DNA from: Lingula anatina | Taxonomy: Eukaryota; Animalia; Brachiopoda | Length of the DNA stretch: 64,000 nt | Assembly (NCBI GenBank): GCA_051362555.1 | Contig: CM120642.1 | Span: 4,464,001-4,528,000, forward strand | Direction of reading: 5' to 3' | The notes under the pieces: generated by a model | Database searches by the model: none | What the model saw: the letters and a program-made list of their open reading frames with translations, nothing else | Told to the model about the DNA's origin: nothing | Part shown: positions 35,520-47,594 of the stretch, piece by piece | Layout: every line of letters starts with the position of its first letter | Numbering within the stretch: the stretch's first letter is position 1 | Program-made: the position numbers and the translations under genes

Positions 35520-36758
35520 TCATTTGGTATGCAATTCATTCCAGCACTTCGCCAAGGAATAACGTAATAATTGCGACACCCCGACCGAGGAACGCAGTAT
35601 TTCCCGCTTGGACATCTTTTTGTAATTGACGGGGTATATAGAGTTACTTAACACTACGATTTCAGTATCTTTCATGGTTTTGACAATATCGGGCTTTTTA
35701 ATCAGGAGGCTTTCTGGTTTAAACTGAATCCAAGATTCTGGTCCGTTCAAAAAGTAATATTTGACGATATTATTCGATACAAGCATATCCAAAATGGGAA
35801 CCGCCATTCCTCCGCCCACTTCTGTCCATTCAAAGGGGTCTTTCTTTCTAAGATGTATCGCGTTTTTCTCGTATTTCTTATGAAGTTCTGACAACCATCG
35901 TTGTGTAAAAGGCGTTTTTGCTCGCATGGGGCCCATATTTCCAAAATGAATACTATCGACATAAGAGGACGCTCCGACAACATCGAAGGTGTCTAAATGT
36001 TCGTACAACTTCCCGATGCTTTTAACGCTGATGGTATCCGTGTCGAAGTAAACGCCGCCGAACTCGTCGAGCATTGCAGCACGAAAATAATCCGCTTTAT
36101 GTGGCAAGCTTAAGCCATCAAAACCGGGATGCACGAACGAAACAGATCTTTTGAACTCACTAATATTCATTATTCTTACGTTGTAAGTGTTTTGATTTTG
36201 ACAAATAGTAGATAGAATGCAAAGATCAACGAAGGCGGGTCGTGATCGTCCCTCCCAGAACATCCAGATAAATGGTTTTCCGTCAAATTCGTACGTTTTC
36301 GTCGTTGGATTAAGTGCAAGACGCTCCTTCTGCATAGATTCTGTATGAAGGGGAAGCATTCTTTGTAACTCTGCGACTATTTTATCCATGGTTCGAAATT
36401 GCTGTTTTGTGGTAGCTCCTGCTAGAATCTCGGGAATAAAGAAATTGACGCCAATTTCAGTCATTTTTACAGATGACTTTTTGCTTCTTTCGTATTCTTC
36501 CGCCCTATACAGTGAAGCATTAAAATCTCCCACGCTATCTGTATTGTTTGTAAAGTTTCCCTCTTTCTCTATGCCAGATAGGCCTATCTTTGTGTGTCTA
36601 CTAGTATAACTTCCGTGACTGAAGAAAAACACAGCTATTAGTATGATGATTATGCCAACCATAAAACCATGAACACATACTAGCAGACTCTTGGGAGAGA
36701 ATTGCAACTTTCTCAGAAATCGGCAACTGAGACAGCTGCAAAATACAGCCATAGCCAT
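35520..36758 (-). CDS. Type II membrane DxD glycosyltransferase (GT32 / capsular polysaccharide synthesis-like), 412 aa, uninterrupted CDS
   Basis: An N-terminal TM (GFMVGIIIILIAVFFF) and a stem with N-glycosylation sequons are followed by IWMFWEG..LCILSTI..KADYFRAAMLDEFGGVYFDTD. Confidence 0.87.
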   Translation of the reverse strand: MAMAVFCSCLSCRFLRKLQFSPKSLLVCVHGFMVGIIIILIAVFFFSHGSYTSRHTKIGLSGIEKEGNFTNNTDSVGDFNASLYRAEEYERSKKSSVKMTEIGVNFFIPEILAGATTKQQFRTMDKIVAELQRMLPLHTESMQKERLALNPTTKTYEFDGKPFIWMFWEGRSRPAFVDLCILSTICQNQNTYNVRIMNISEFKRSVSFVHPGFDGLSLPHKADYFRAAMLDEFGGVYFDTDTISVKSIGKLYEHLDTFDVVGASSYVDSIHFGNMGPMRAKTPFTQRWLSELHKKYEKNAIHLRKKDPFEWTEVGGGMAVPILDMLVSNNIVKYYFLNGPESWIQFKPESLLIKKPDIVKTMKDTEIVVLSNSIYPVNYKKMSKREILRSSVGVSQLLRYSLAKCWNELHTK

Positions 36759-37733
36759 TGTGTAGGTGTTGTTGGTAATCCACTAGAAACAAGGTCTGTG
36801 TATATAAAATCAGAGATTATTTTGTTATTCATTGAATCCCTAATAAATATTCAAACTGAGACTCGGTAAGATTGCGTAGCCTATTACAAAAGATGTGCCA
36901 CTAGTTCGAGGATAATTATTCTTGTTTAAAATAAGGTCAAACCGCAGGCATGCTCCTGATTTACAAAAAAAACTAACATGACTATACCTTTATCAAATCA
37001 AAATGTAAGTTAATGTGACTTTCGGTCAAAAAGGTTGCCCCCTGTGCTTTTGTTCACAAAAGATCACTTGACAGCTGTAAATCTTTTTAAATAGTGTTTT
37101 TATATATTCCAGGTAGGGTACCATATATAACATGAGTTAGGGTACAGAAAAACCATTAAATCTGGAGTAGAATATTGCCCCTTTCTTCTTAAAGATCTTG
37201 ACAGTCTTGTTCCAGATTATTAGGAGGTCCATTCTTTTCTGCAATCCAATTCACTCTTCAGGTGCTCACTTGAGTTAATTTTATTTCTGTTTAGAGAAAA
37301 AAAGTTATATTATTGCACAGACTCCTGTCTACATCTAGACAGCAATACAGGACGTGGAAATATAGCTTGACGAGAAATATGAAAGAACGATATCATTTTT
37401 AAACTTGTTGAATTTTAACGAATATTTAACGAAAAAAGGGGCAAATAGCTATACCGGCATATGTATATAGCTAGATATAGGCCTAAGGTGCAGGGCTAAC
37501 AACGTATAAGCAAGCAAAAGATTGGGTTAAAACAAAAATATGCCTACATATAATTGAAAAAAAAAAAAGATATAAAAATAAAATCTAAAAAAAAAAAGAA
37601 AGAAAGAAAGAAAGAAGCAGCGTCACTTTGACACTCTGGCACTTCATTGCTACAGATGAGATAACGAGCACAACAAACACAATCGCGTGTAAAGCCACGT
37701 ATTGTTAAGCTTAACACGTCACTTTCGCTCAAC

Positions 37734-40700
37734 ATGGCGACCTCCATAGGGAAGCGGACGACGATTGCTCTCCCCGTATTTTTGGGGTTATTGTTGGTAA
37801 TCTGTGTGCGATTCAGTCAACAACATGGCCATGCCCACGACCAAGGACATGGGCACAGTCATGACGAACCAGCCCATTTTAAGTATTCTAGGCAAGCCAA
37901 CGAAGCTGCAAAACAAGACGGTACAGCATTCAATTTTTAGGGTTTTTTTCGCCATGTTAGCCAGCAGCGACGCCGGCATATGCTTGTTAATCTTACAAGG
38001 CAGATAGTTTGTTAGCTAAGTTTACCTGGGAAAACTTATTGTTGATGTTTTGGTCAGTGAATTTTGTGTCCAAGTTTATGTTAACTTGGACCAAAATAGA
38101 ATATTGTCTTACTGAATATTTATTATTAGTAAATTACTGAATTTGAAATATGAAAATAGATAAAGTACTTTTCCATAAAATAACCATTCCTCTAACAATG
38201 CAGAAGTATGTAAATACTCAAGTGCAATTGAATGAGCCTCACTTTTATTTATTATTTCCTGGTTCTTTTTTAATTCTTGTAACCTCTACATAAAAATGGA
38301 AATATTGTGTTTCTACTCTGTATATATATATATCACAATGTATCATGTATTACAGGTGCTCCTGCAAATAATCATGGTCATGCACATGATCATGGGCACG
38401 GGCATGCACACGATCATGGACACGGGCATGCACATGATCACGGACATGGGCATGCACACGATCATGGACACGGGCATGCTCATGATCACGGACATGGTCA
38501 TGCACATGATCATGGACACGGGCATGCACATGGACATCAAGAACCAAAGAAATTTGAGCGCTATATTCCTCCAAAAGAGACACCCCCTCCAGAGAAGGGT
38601 GGAGCCATGTTGTGGATTCAAGCTCTGTCAGCCACGGCCATGATCAGCTGTGCTCCTGTGTTAATTTTATTCTTCATTCCTGTGGAGAATGCCCATGACT
38701 CTCACCAGGAGTTGTTGAAAGTTTTGTTAAGTTTTGCCTCAGGGGGGCTCCTGGGTGACGCATTCCTCCATCTCATTCCACATGCAGTATCACCACATTC
38801 CCATGGAGAAGGGGAGGAGCATGGAGGACATGGCCACTCCCACGATGCCAGTCATGGACATAGCCACTCCCATGACCATTCCCATGACATGGGTGTTGGT
38901 AAGTGACAAGGTTGGCTCTCAAGAATTACTTGTATTATTGTATCATTTGCTAAAAAAAAAAAAAAAAAAAACAGTCAGGCTGTCAAAATCTTTACATTTA
39001 GTCATTGATGATTTTTTTTTTCATAATTTTCATTTTACCAAAACTTGTAAATTTTTTTTCACAATTTTGGCCATTTGATTTGTAGGTCTATGGGTTCTGG
39101 CAGGGATTGTAGCTTTTCTCATGGTGGAAAAGTTTGTAAGGATAATGAAAGGGGGCCATGGTCACAGCCATAGTCATTCTGCCCCTGCACCTGAAAAGGA
39201 ATCCCCTGAGGAAGATGAAAAGAAAAAAGAGGAGGAAGAGACAAAGGAGGAAGACTCCAAACAGGGATCAAGTGATAAAGAGGAAGAAAAAGAGGAAACG
39301 TCAACAGAACTACGACAGAGGAAAAAAGAAAAAGATAATGGGGATAAAGAGGATGATGATGATGATAGAGAAAAAAAAGTAGACAAAGAAGAAAAGGGTG
39401 CTACAGGTTTGTTATTTATGGTGCATGTGTTACATAGATATGTCTGGGGCTTTGCCAACTTTATTAAAACGGTCAAGCAGTGCTTGGAGAGAGAAAGAGG
39501 GAGAGAAACTACTAAAATTAATAATTTGTTTAAAGAGTTACAACAAGAACCTTTTTTGGTACACAGAAAGAAGTCACTAATTTAACCACCTGTTATATAT
39601 ATATTACAGAAGCACCAGAAGAGGATATAAAAGTTGCAGGCTACTTGAATCTTGCAGCCGATTTTGCTCATAATTTCACAGATGGTCTTGCCATAGGTGC
39701 CTCTTTTCTGGTAGGCCAGAATGTTGGTGAGTATCTTTGCATCTGCACTTAAAGGTCAGCCAAGGGAGAAGGGGGGTAGAGAACTACACTGACACCTCTT
39801 TTAGATGGATGAATTTCTTAACTTGGGGATATACCCAATTTATCAGTAAAGAGAGACAAAAATATATTGTCAACCAAAAGGATTACAGTTGTCTTGCAAA
39901 CCAACCCAAGCATTTGATTAAAACTCTGAGGGAATTTCTCAAAGTGATTAAATTCCTTTCCCTCATGTTGACCCACAATTTTATTATTTTTTTTTTTTTT
40001 AATTTCAGTGCTGTTTTATTCTCTGCTTTTTGTCATTTTTTACTATTTTAACTACAGCAGTGACTTTATGTCTGTTATCATTCATCTTTCAGGTATTATT
40101 ACCACAATAACCATATTTCTGCATGAGATACCACATGAGATTGGAGACTTTGCTATCCTAGTGCAGTCTGGTTGTACAAAGAGAAAAGTAGGTTTTTAAA
40201 TATGTGTTATTTTAATCGGCACTATTTAATGCCCTAAGACTTTACAGCTGAATTCTCATCAAAATACTTTTAATACAAAAACTTCTAATTTGTTAAAGCT
40301 TTATTGTTTATCTATTTTTAGTGTATTAATGATTTTGAAAATGGAGTTTGGTTTCGTCAAATTTGATTAAAACTATGAGAAAGTAAGTACTTGTAATTTT
40401 GCATTTTGTTTTTTATCAATTTTTTTAAGGAAAAAATATACTCTAATGAATTATTTCAAAATGACTCTAGATGTATTTATACAATCATTTCATTTTCAGT
40501 TTGATAATTTTATTTATTTATCAGTTTTTAGAGGGGCTTTTGCCTTAAATTTCTCCATTAATACTCAGTACATTTTTTTTTTCTTTATAGGCTATGCTTC
40601 TCCAATTCTCCACAGCTATAGGCGCTATGCTGGGAACACTATGTAGTCTAATGGCGGAGGGTGCAGGTGACTACGCCACCTCGTGGATCCTCCCTTTTAC

Positions 40701-40842
40701 TGCCGGGGGCTTCATATACATTGCCACGGTGTCCGTGATACCAGAGCTACTGGAGGACACAAAGTTTTGGCAATCTGTGAAAGAAATCATTGCCTTACTG
40801 ACAGGTGTCTACATGATGGTGTTGATAGCCCAATACGAATAA
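37734..40842 (+). CDS. SLC39A7: Zinc transporter ZIP7 (catsup/Ke4); exons 37734-37920, 38356-38898, 39086-39406, 39610-39726, 40093-40187, 40591-40842
   Basis: Signal peptide, His-rich N-terminus with [65 protein letters not shown] and [23 protein letters not shown]. Confidence 0.96.
38372..38538 (+). repeat. Coding 24-bp repeat (HGHAHDHG)x~7 in ZIP7
   Basis: CATGCACAYGATCAYGGACAYGGG-type unit repeated in frame. Confidence 0.92.
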
Positions 40843-42713
40843 AGTGCTAGAGTACTAGTATTCTGTGTTCTTTAATAATGTGATGATTCTGATGTTATCA
40901 TTATATTGAGCACTAAAAACGTGCAAGGATCTATAAAGTATTGTCAGGTGTTGATATTTTGTAGTTTTTTTTTAAAGTACAGATATTGATATTCAATTAT
41001 TATTATTATTATTATTATTACCAATTTTGAAGTTAAGTAGATCAATAGGAAGAAAAAATTAGGTATTCAGTGACGTGAAGGTCAGTGGATTTTGTAAATG
41101 TCTTTTTTTTTTTTTTTTTGGCATTTGCCTGAGGACGGTTGGTAAAACATTTGTTGCTGAATTCAGAAATATGCAATGTTGGTCACTTCCCACCTTGTTA
41201 ATAAAACTCAGACCTTGAGGAATTTAAAGAAATCCATATCAGATATATTTGTTTTACTTTCTTTGTTATAAAAAGTAAAAACATCCAGATTGATGGAAGC
41301 AGGTGTTGAATATGATTCCGAACATATAAGGGTAATACTAATAATCTGAACAAGGGTTAGTGTACAAGTCTTATGTTATGTTGAATTTTTCTCAGTGGAT
41401 CTACTGAAAGTGTGTAGAAATGTATTGGCATCATAATTGTATGATGTGACCAGTTGATTACTGACATCATTCCACATTGAGCTTAAAATGCAGAGACATG
41501 CGGCTAATTTTTCATCTCAATCACAACCAAGGTGGAATTTTAGATTTGCCATTTTACAAAGCGATTGGTCTGAGATTAAATTAGGGTCCAGCTACACAAA
41601 GGCTTGAGACAAAATCTAGACATGTACCCATTTGGTGAAGCTAATATTTTCAGCATTTATCTAAAATTTGATCATAGATAAAAATATTTCGGTATTGTGA
41701 GTGCCTGTTCAGTTTACAATATGAGATAAGCATTTTTTTAATTTTTGTGTCAAAGTTTAATTTTGAATGGAGGTAGAATCCTATGTAAATGAGACCTAGG
41801 ATGTTCAATTTATAATACAAGTTGATACAGCTGACATTTTTTTTTTTTTTTGTTGTTGTTACTTTTTAAGGTTCAGCATTAAAAGATAAACAGAAGCTCA
41901 TTTCGTAGCGTGTCTACCGTTGGTATTGGAATGCTGACAATTAGTGGTAGGCACATACTAACATGAAAAGATTCACTCAATTTAGTGTTATGATACTAAA
42001 TTAGGATACTTTTTTGATGCACAGTAAGTCTAAATATTTGTGGTACTGGGGAAGTTTTGCTGTATATGCCACAGATAAGATTAAAAGGTTTATATTTTTT
42101 ACAATTTGTCATGAATGTTGTACTCATGACCATTTTCACCAAAAAGCAAAGCATGATAGGTTGTCAATATAAGATTAACAAAACACTGTCCAATATTGTT
42201 TATAAAAAATAGTTTATTTATACATCAGCCAAAGGCAAAGAATAATAAATGCATTTCAACCACTGACTGTATTTTGTTTATTTCCAGCTTGATATTAACT
42301 TTTAACTATATAATTTCATTGAAATTATAATGTTATGTGATTCAAAAGCTTCAAATATTTCCTTAAAGACTTGTGCTTTCCATAACTTCAAACAGACCTT
42401 TTCTCAAAATGAATGGACTTGTATAATGAGCAAAAGAATAAAGTACTTAGGTAAGAAGAGTCACTTCTTCTCACTGCAAATGTAATATTTTCTATTCCAA
42501 AGCTTTTTTACTGGAACAAAGATGATCTGTGTGTACTTGGTAAGAGAAGTTTGCTGTTGTCATGGAAACGTGAACCTGACGAGCCTTACTTCTATCATAA
42601 GAATTCACCCTTTTTAACATCAATATCTGACAGTCAAATGTCTGTGTTCTTGTTGCCTTACAGATTTTTCAGTAAAGCTGCAACCAAAGTGTGGCAAATT
42701 CTCTTGCTGGTAC

Positions 42714-42751
<38 letters not shown>

Positions 42752-42774
42752 AAATATAAAATAATTTATCCTTA

Positions 42775-45700
42775 TCAAAATATATCCTCTTCTGGGTCAT
42801 AAGAAACCAATTGTCTTTTATCTTTATGAAATCCTTTCTGGGAATTGTTGGCAGCTGAAATGAATGAAAAAATGAAAATTTCTTCTAAAACTTTTCACAA
42901 ATTCTACAGATTGTAATATGCCATTTCCTCTATCAGAATCTACTGAGAATAAAGACAGGAGATGGGTCTTAAATCCACGTTCAACTTGTAAGGTATTCCA
43001 ATAATGTCTAGTTTGTGGTTGTACACGTCAAAGAATTGTTAACTCTAACTGACCATCTACATTAAAGCTAACTGTCCACAAACAAAATTATGTAATAGAT
43101 ACACCATGAGTCAGGGAGAATCAGATGTATGTGATATACAGGAGTGTGAGGCACCAGTAGGTGTCACATACACCTTATTGACAGGTGGTTTACCTGACAT
43201 ATACTACAGCAGATGTGGAGATCAAGAGACCCTGTCACGACCAAACTTGCATTCATGCACGACATGCTTGTATACGTAAAACTCCACCTCTGGACTTTCA
43301 CTTCTCCACATCTGCTGTGACATAAGCACTGACCGTCATGGTAGTGCTTCTCACCTATTGTAGTCCATGTGGCATTACTCGGGTCAGCAATTTGTTCAAA
43401 AGTGGGTTGTCGCCTGGCCAGGGACACTCTGAGCTGGATCTGCTGGACCATGGTGTTGTTCATATGAGTGATGGCCTCCTCTGCAGACTCCATCTTCTCA
43501 AATGTCACAAAACCACAACTGAAAGGTAATAATTTATATTTAATATCTGTGGGATCACCATGGTTATTTTTCATAATGCTCCACATCTGGGTATATTCAT
43601 AATTGTCTTTACAGAATAAACTAGTATGTTATCAAACTACACCATTGACACTAGTGCCATCCCAAAATGCCAGTAAAAATTGAAGCACAGCATTCTGCAA
43701 GATAAATTTGGTCAGTTTGTTCAGTTACTGATCCTGTTTTGGGTCAGAAAATTCATGGGAAAACTTGGCTCATGACCATGAAGCTAAAGAGGTTTTGGCA
43801 TAAACTGTGTTATGGCTTAATGACATTGTGAATATTATTGTAAGGCACAAATAAAACTTATTTTATAAGATGCTTTTAATATGTCAAATTAATGATTTTT
43901 GACTCAGGGGGTTTTATTTGAGATTTACTTGATGTGACCCCACCTTTTTCCAACAAAAGTTTCAACTCGACAATAGATAATCTACCAGTTTTACTTACTC
44001 CCATCACAAGTGCAAACAGCTCTTCATGTTAACTTTACACGATTTTACGCCGACTGCTCCTGAATAATCGGTTGCTTTTAAAGGATATGGATGCAATATT
44101 GAAGTTACTCACTTCTTTTCAACTTCCATGTTAATATTGACCACTGTGCCAAAGTTTGCAAAAGCTTTCTTCAGCATCTCCTCAGTGATTCCCTGGCCAT
44201 ACACATAAATAGTGTTGCCTTTCTTAGGATATTCACGGTCCCGGTCTCTCTCTGGACGATCTCCCCGCTCCCTTCTAGATTCTCTGTCATGCCCTGAAAA
44301 GGAGACAAAAAATGTTAAAATATCTACATGGGCAAATTTGACTTTTGAAAATTTCAAATATTGATTGAAAATATCTGTATCCATTCTGTTCCATCCACAT
44401 GCAGAGATACAGAAGCACTGTGGAGGTATTTTCAAAATCTGACATCTACCTGAAAGTAGGTCCTATTTTGTGTGTTTGTGTGTGTGTGCATGTGTGTATG
44501 TATGTGTGTACACATATAAAATATTTTGTTGTTAGCTTACTTCCATGTTCTTTATCTGACGAACTCACAAAACTTTCATACAGGCCTTTCACTTTGGGCT
44601 TGGAAGGCTGTAAAATCCAAGATGAAGAGAAACATATAGTCATTGAGAAGAAACATAATACAAATACGATCTTCATTCCAAATGGAACAAGATGGTATGT
44701 TCATTATTTCAGAGATAAAGTAAAGTTTATAAAAATCTTATTATTGCGGCTTCAACAAGGGGTCACTCTTCAGAAAAATGTACTAGCATATGCATATAAC
44801 ATCCAAGACAACTTCCTTCTACATTCCTTTTATGATAACTGATAATCTCTACCACATTTCTTATTATTTACTAATACATTCTATTTCAAGGGAAATCTTT
44901 TAATAAAATCAGTTAATCACTTGCCTCTGGCTCTTCTGGCTGAGTGGGAGAAAATGGTTGGAAATTGTAAGATAAACTGAGTTTTTCAGGATCCTGCAAC
45001 AACATGAAATGTTCACATTTTGTTCATGTAACACAAAGGAAGTATTAAAATATGCCAACTGCAATTGTAGACTCATGGGAGAACTATGAAATTCAACATA
45101 ATTTAAATGATAAAATTTATAAAAAATATTTCAGCTATTCCAATATTTAAAGATTCTTATCACCATATACCAAGATAAAATTTATAAACCACTTTGTCAT
45201 TTAATATCAATATGGCATTATTTTGTAGTTTTAATAAACAACAAAATTTAAGTAAGAGATTAAATATATATTTAAAAATGACAGAAGATAATTACTTACC
45301 TTCAACTTCTTTTCTAAATTCCTAGACTTCTTGAAGCTATGTTTATCTTTGTATCCAGGTCCTAGTTTAATGGCCTAAAATGTGTCAAATAAAATAAAAT
45401 GAAGCAATCAATATTGGTGTTATGAGATTCTGGGGAACCTGTGAACCCTAGAGAGAATAAACTACAAGTTCAAATAAATTATTTTAAAATAATGATGATC
45501 CTTTTTTGAAAATATTTTTGAAAAATTCTAAACCCAGTTTTAAATATGGGAAGTAAAGTTTCAGCAAATGAAAACCTTAATCCATGAATCAAAATGACGA
45601 TCTTTTTAATCAGACATGTTGTGAGCTGATAGCTGCCTAATGCAATTAGAAATAGCAAAATCAACTTACTCCAGATTTCAGAAGTTTTTTAGCTTGCTCT

Positions 45701-46580
45701 TTGGCATCTACTGCTGATGCTTCAGATTGTTCTAAAACAACAGAGAAAAACAGCATGTTACATATATCTTGAACTTCTGTAATATAATACTATCTTTAGC
45801 CAATCAGAGTCAATGAATGTAATGAGAAGCAGTATAAGAGCATAACATTAACTAGAAAATCACTCAGAGAGTACAGATCACTGCCAAGGCAGCTCATATC
45901 TAATTATCAATGATCCCATGGCTGGCACTTTAAACAATAGATTAATAGCACTTGTATTCCACTTATATAGCCTGATTTCAACAATATACCAACTTCTTTT
46001 GAGAGATTCTGCCTGAGGGACTGGTGCCTCTGCCTTTGGTGCTTTTAGAGCCTGTAATACTTTTTTCTGAAAAAGAAAAGATTCAGAATGAGTCAGCACT
46101 GCCATAAATCATACATCAGTAACTTTTTTATTACTGCATGCAGTAATAACAAAAATTTACCCACATATACCAAATATCACTTTTTATCACTTTATAATCT
46201 GATCCGTTCTTGACATACATTATCAAATAAAATAAATAAAAATAAATAGGATAAAATAATCTGCACTGAAGAAGTTGATCTAAAACAACAGTTCAGCTAA
46301 GTTCTTTCTTAGGGTAAGTTGTAGAGTCTATAATAACTGAATGACAGTTGAATAACAAACAGAAATATCTATTACTAATGGGATTATGTCGTTTTCTGAG
46401 CATATACTTCTAGTTATTTATTAGTTTTTTACGATGAGTGTATTCTAATCCAAAGCAAGAAAGGAGTAAATGTAAGTGAGATCTGTGGTGAACACAAACC
46501 TTCCTCCTCAACTTAGCATATTTCTTCTGCAGTAATTCTTCCTCCTCAGTAAGTGCCGCAGGAATGTTTACGTGCACCAT
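42775..46580 (-). CDS. NELFE: Negative elongation factor E; exons 46580-46500, 46066-45994, 45731-45670, 45374-45300, 44993-44925, 44607-44541, 44293-44113, 43518-43355, 42854-42775
   Basis: LTEEEELLQKKYAKLRRKKKVLQALK, AKEQAKKLLKSGAI, SFKKSRNLEKKLKDPEK, KGLYESFV, a short RD/RE tract, the RRM KKGNTIYVYG..CGFVTFEKMESAEEAI..LRVSLARRQP and the tail HKDKRQLVSYD. Confidence 0.94.
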
Positions 46581-47594
46581 GTTTTGTGTATTTCACTGCA
46601 GGTCCCATATAATTACAAAGTTAGCCATTTGTCTTATATTAGTTTCGCACAAATAAGGTAAATTTTGTAAGATAAAATCTACATTTTATCCAATTAGATA
46701 ATACTTTAAAGTAATAAACGTAATATTATTCAATAAAATTAAATATATGTGATTGAAATGTCTTGTTTTGTACATATAAATTTTTTGAAACTATTAACTA
46801 TTTTTAATTTAACCTCTGCTTTGGCTCTTTTGGCAGTGAAGATTTGATTTCTTTAGTATTAGTGATAAACACTGGCACACGTGCCAAGCCTTCGAAGGTA
46901 ATGTTAATGTGTAAAAATAGACTTCATGGAATGTGTACATTTAACATTGTTGTTTTATGATTACATACATAAAGATGTTGTAAAGAAGTGGGAGGAAGGG
47001 AAAGGGATGCACAGTTCTAGTGTATTACACTTGAACTTGGCCTGCCTCGGGTTTCGACATTACAAGTGATGTACATGTGTAACATGTAATGTTGAGAACT
47101 GAGGCAAGGACTGGCTTTTTAGAACGACAGAATGGGAAATAATACCGTTATTTTTGTTTTGTCTCATACATGTAATCATCATCATCTTTCGCCCTTGGGT
47201 GGAAAGTCGGTATCAACATGTTCAGATTGTTTCAGCTAGTCTCATTATTCCAAAGATCTGATTTGGTTGCAGACCAATTTCATTCTTGATGGTGACTGAG
47301 AGGGTGGCATTTTGTCTGCTTCTGTTACTGTTAGCCTTTCCACCAGATTGTGTCCACAATTAAAGAGCGGAGACGGGTTGGTCTAATGTGCAGCCACAGT
47401 ACATGCATGCTGAATCAAAGAACTGATGACTAACAAATGGAAAAAAATGTTCATCTTTAAAGTGATGCAGTAGTCACTGAGTAGTAAAGTTCAGGAGTTC
47501 AAGTATAACATACCAAGTTGGATATCATAATGACTAGACTAGCTTGATTCTAGACTGGCCCCCAGAGCTATTTCTATTTATTTTTTAGTCCACT

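Noticed and set aside
38296-38643. Met/Asp/Thr-repeat ORF and antisense VH-repeat ORFs
   Set aside because: These are alternative frames of the ZIP7 His-rich repeat.
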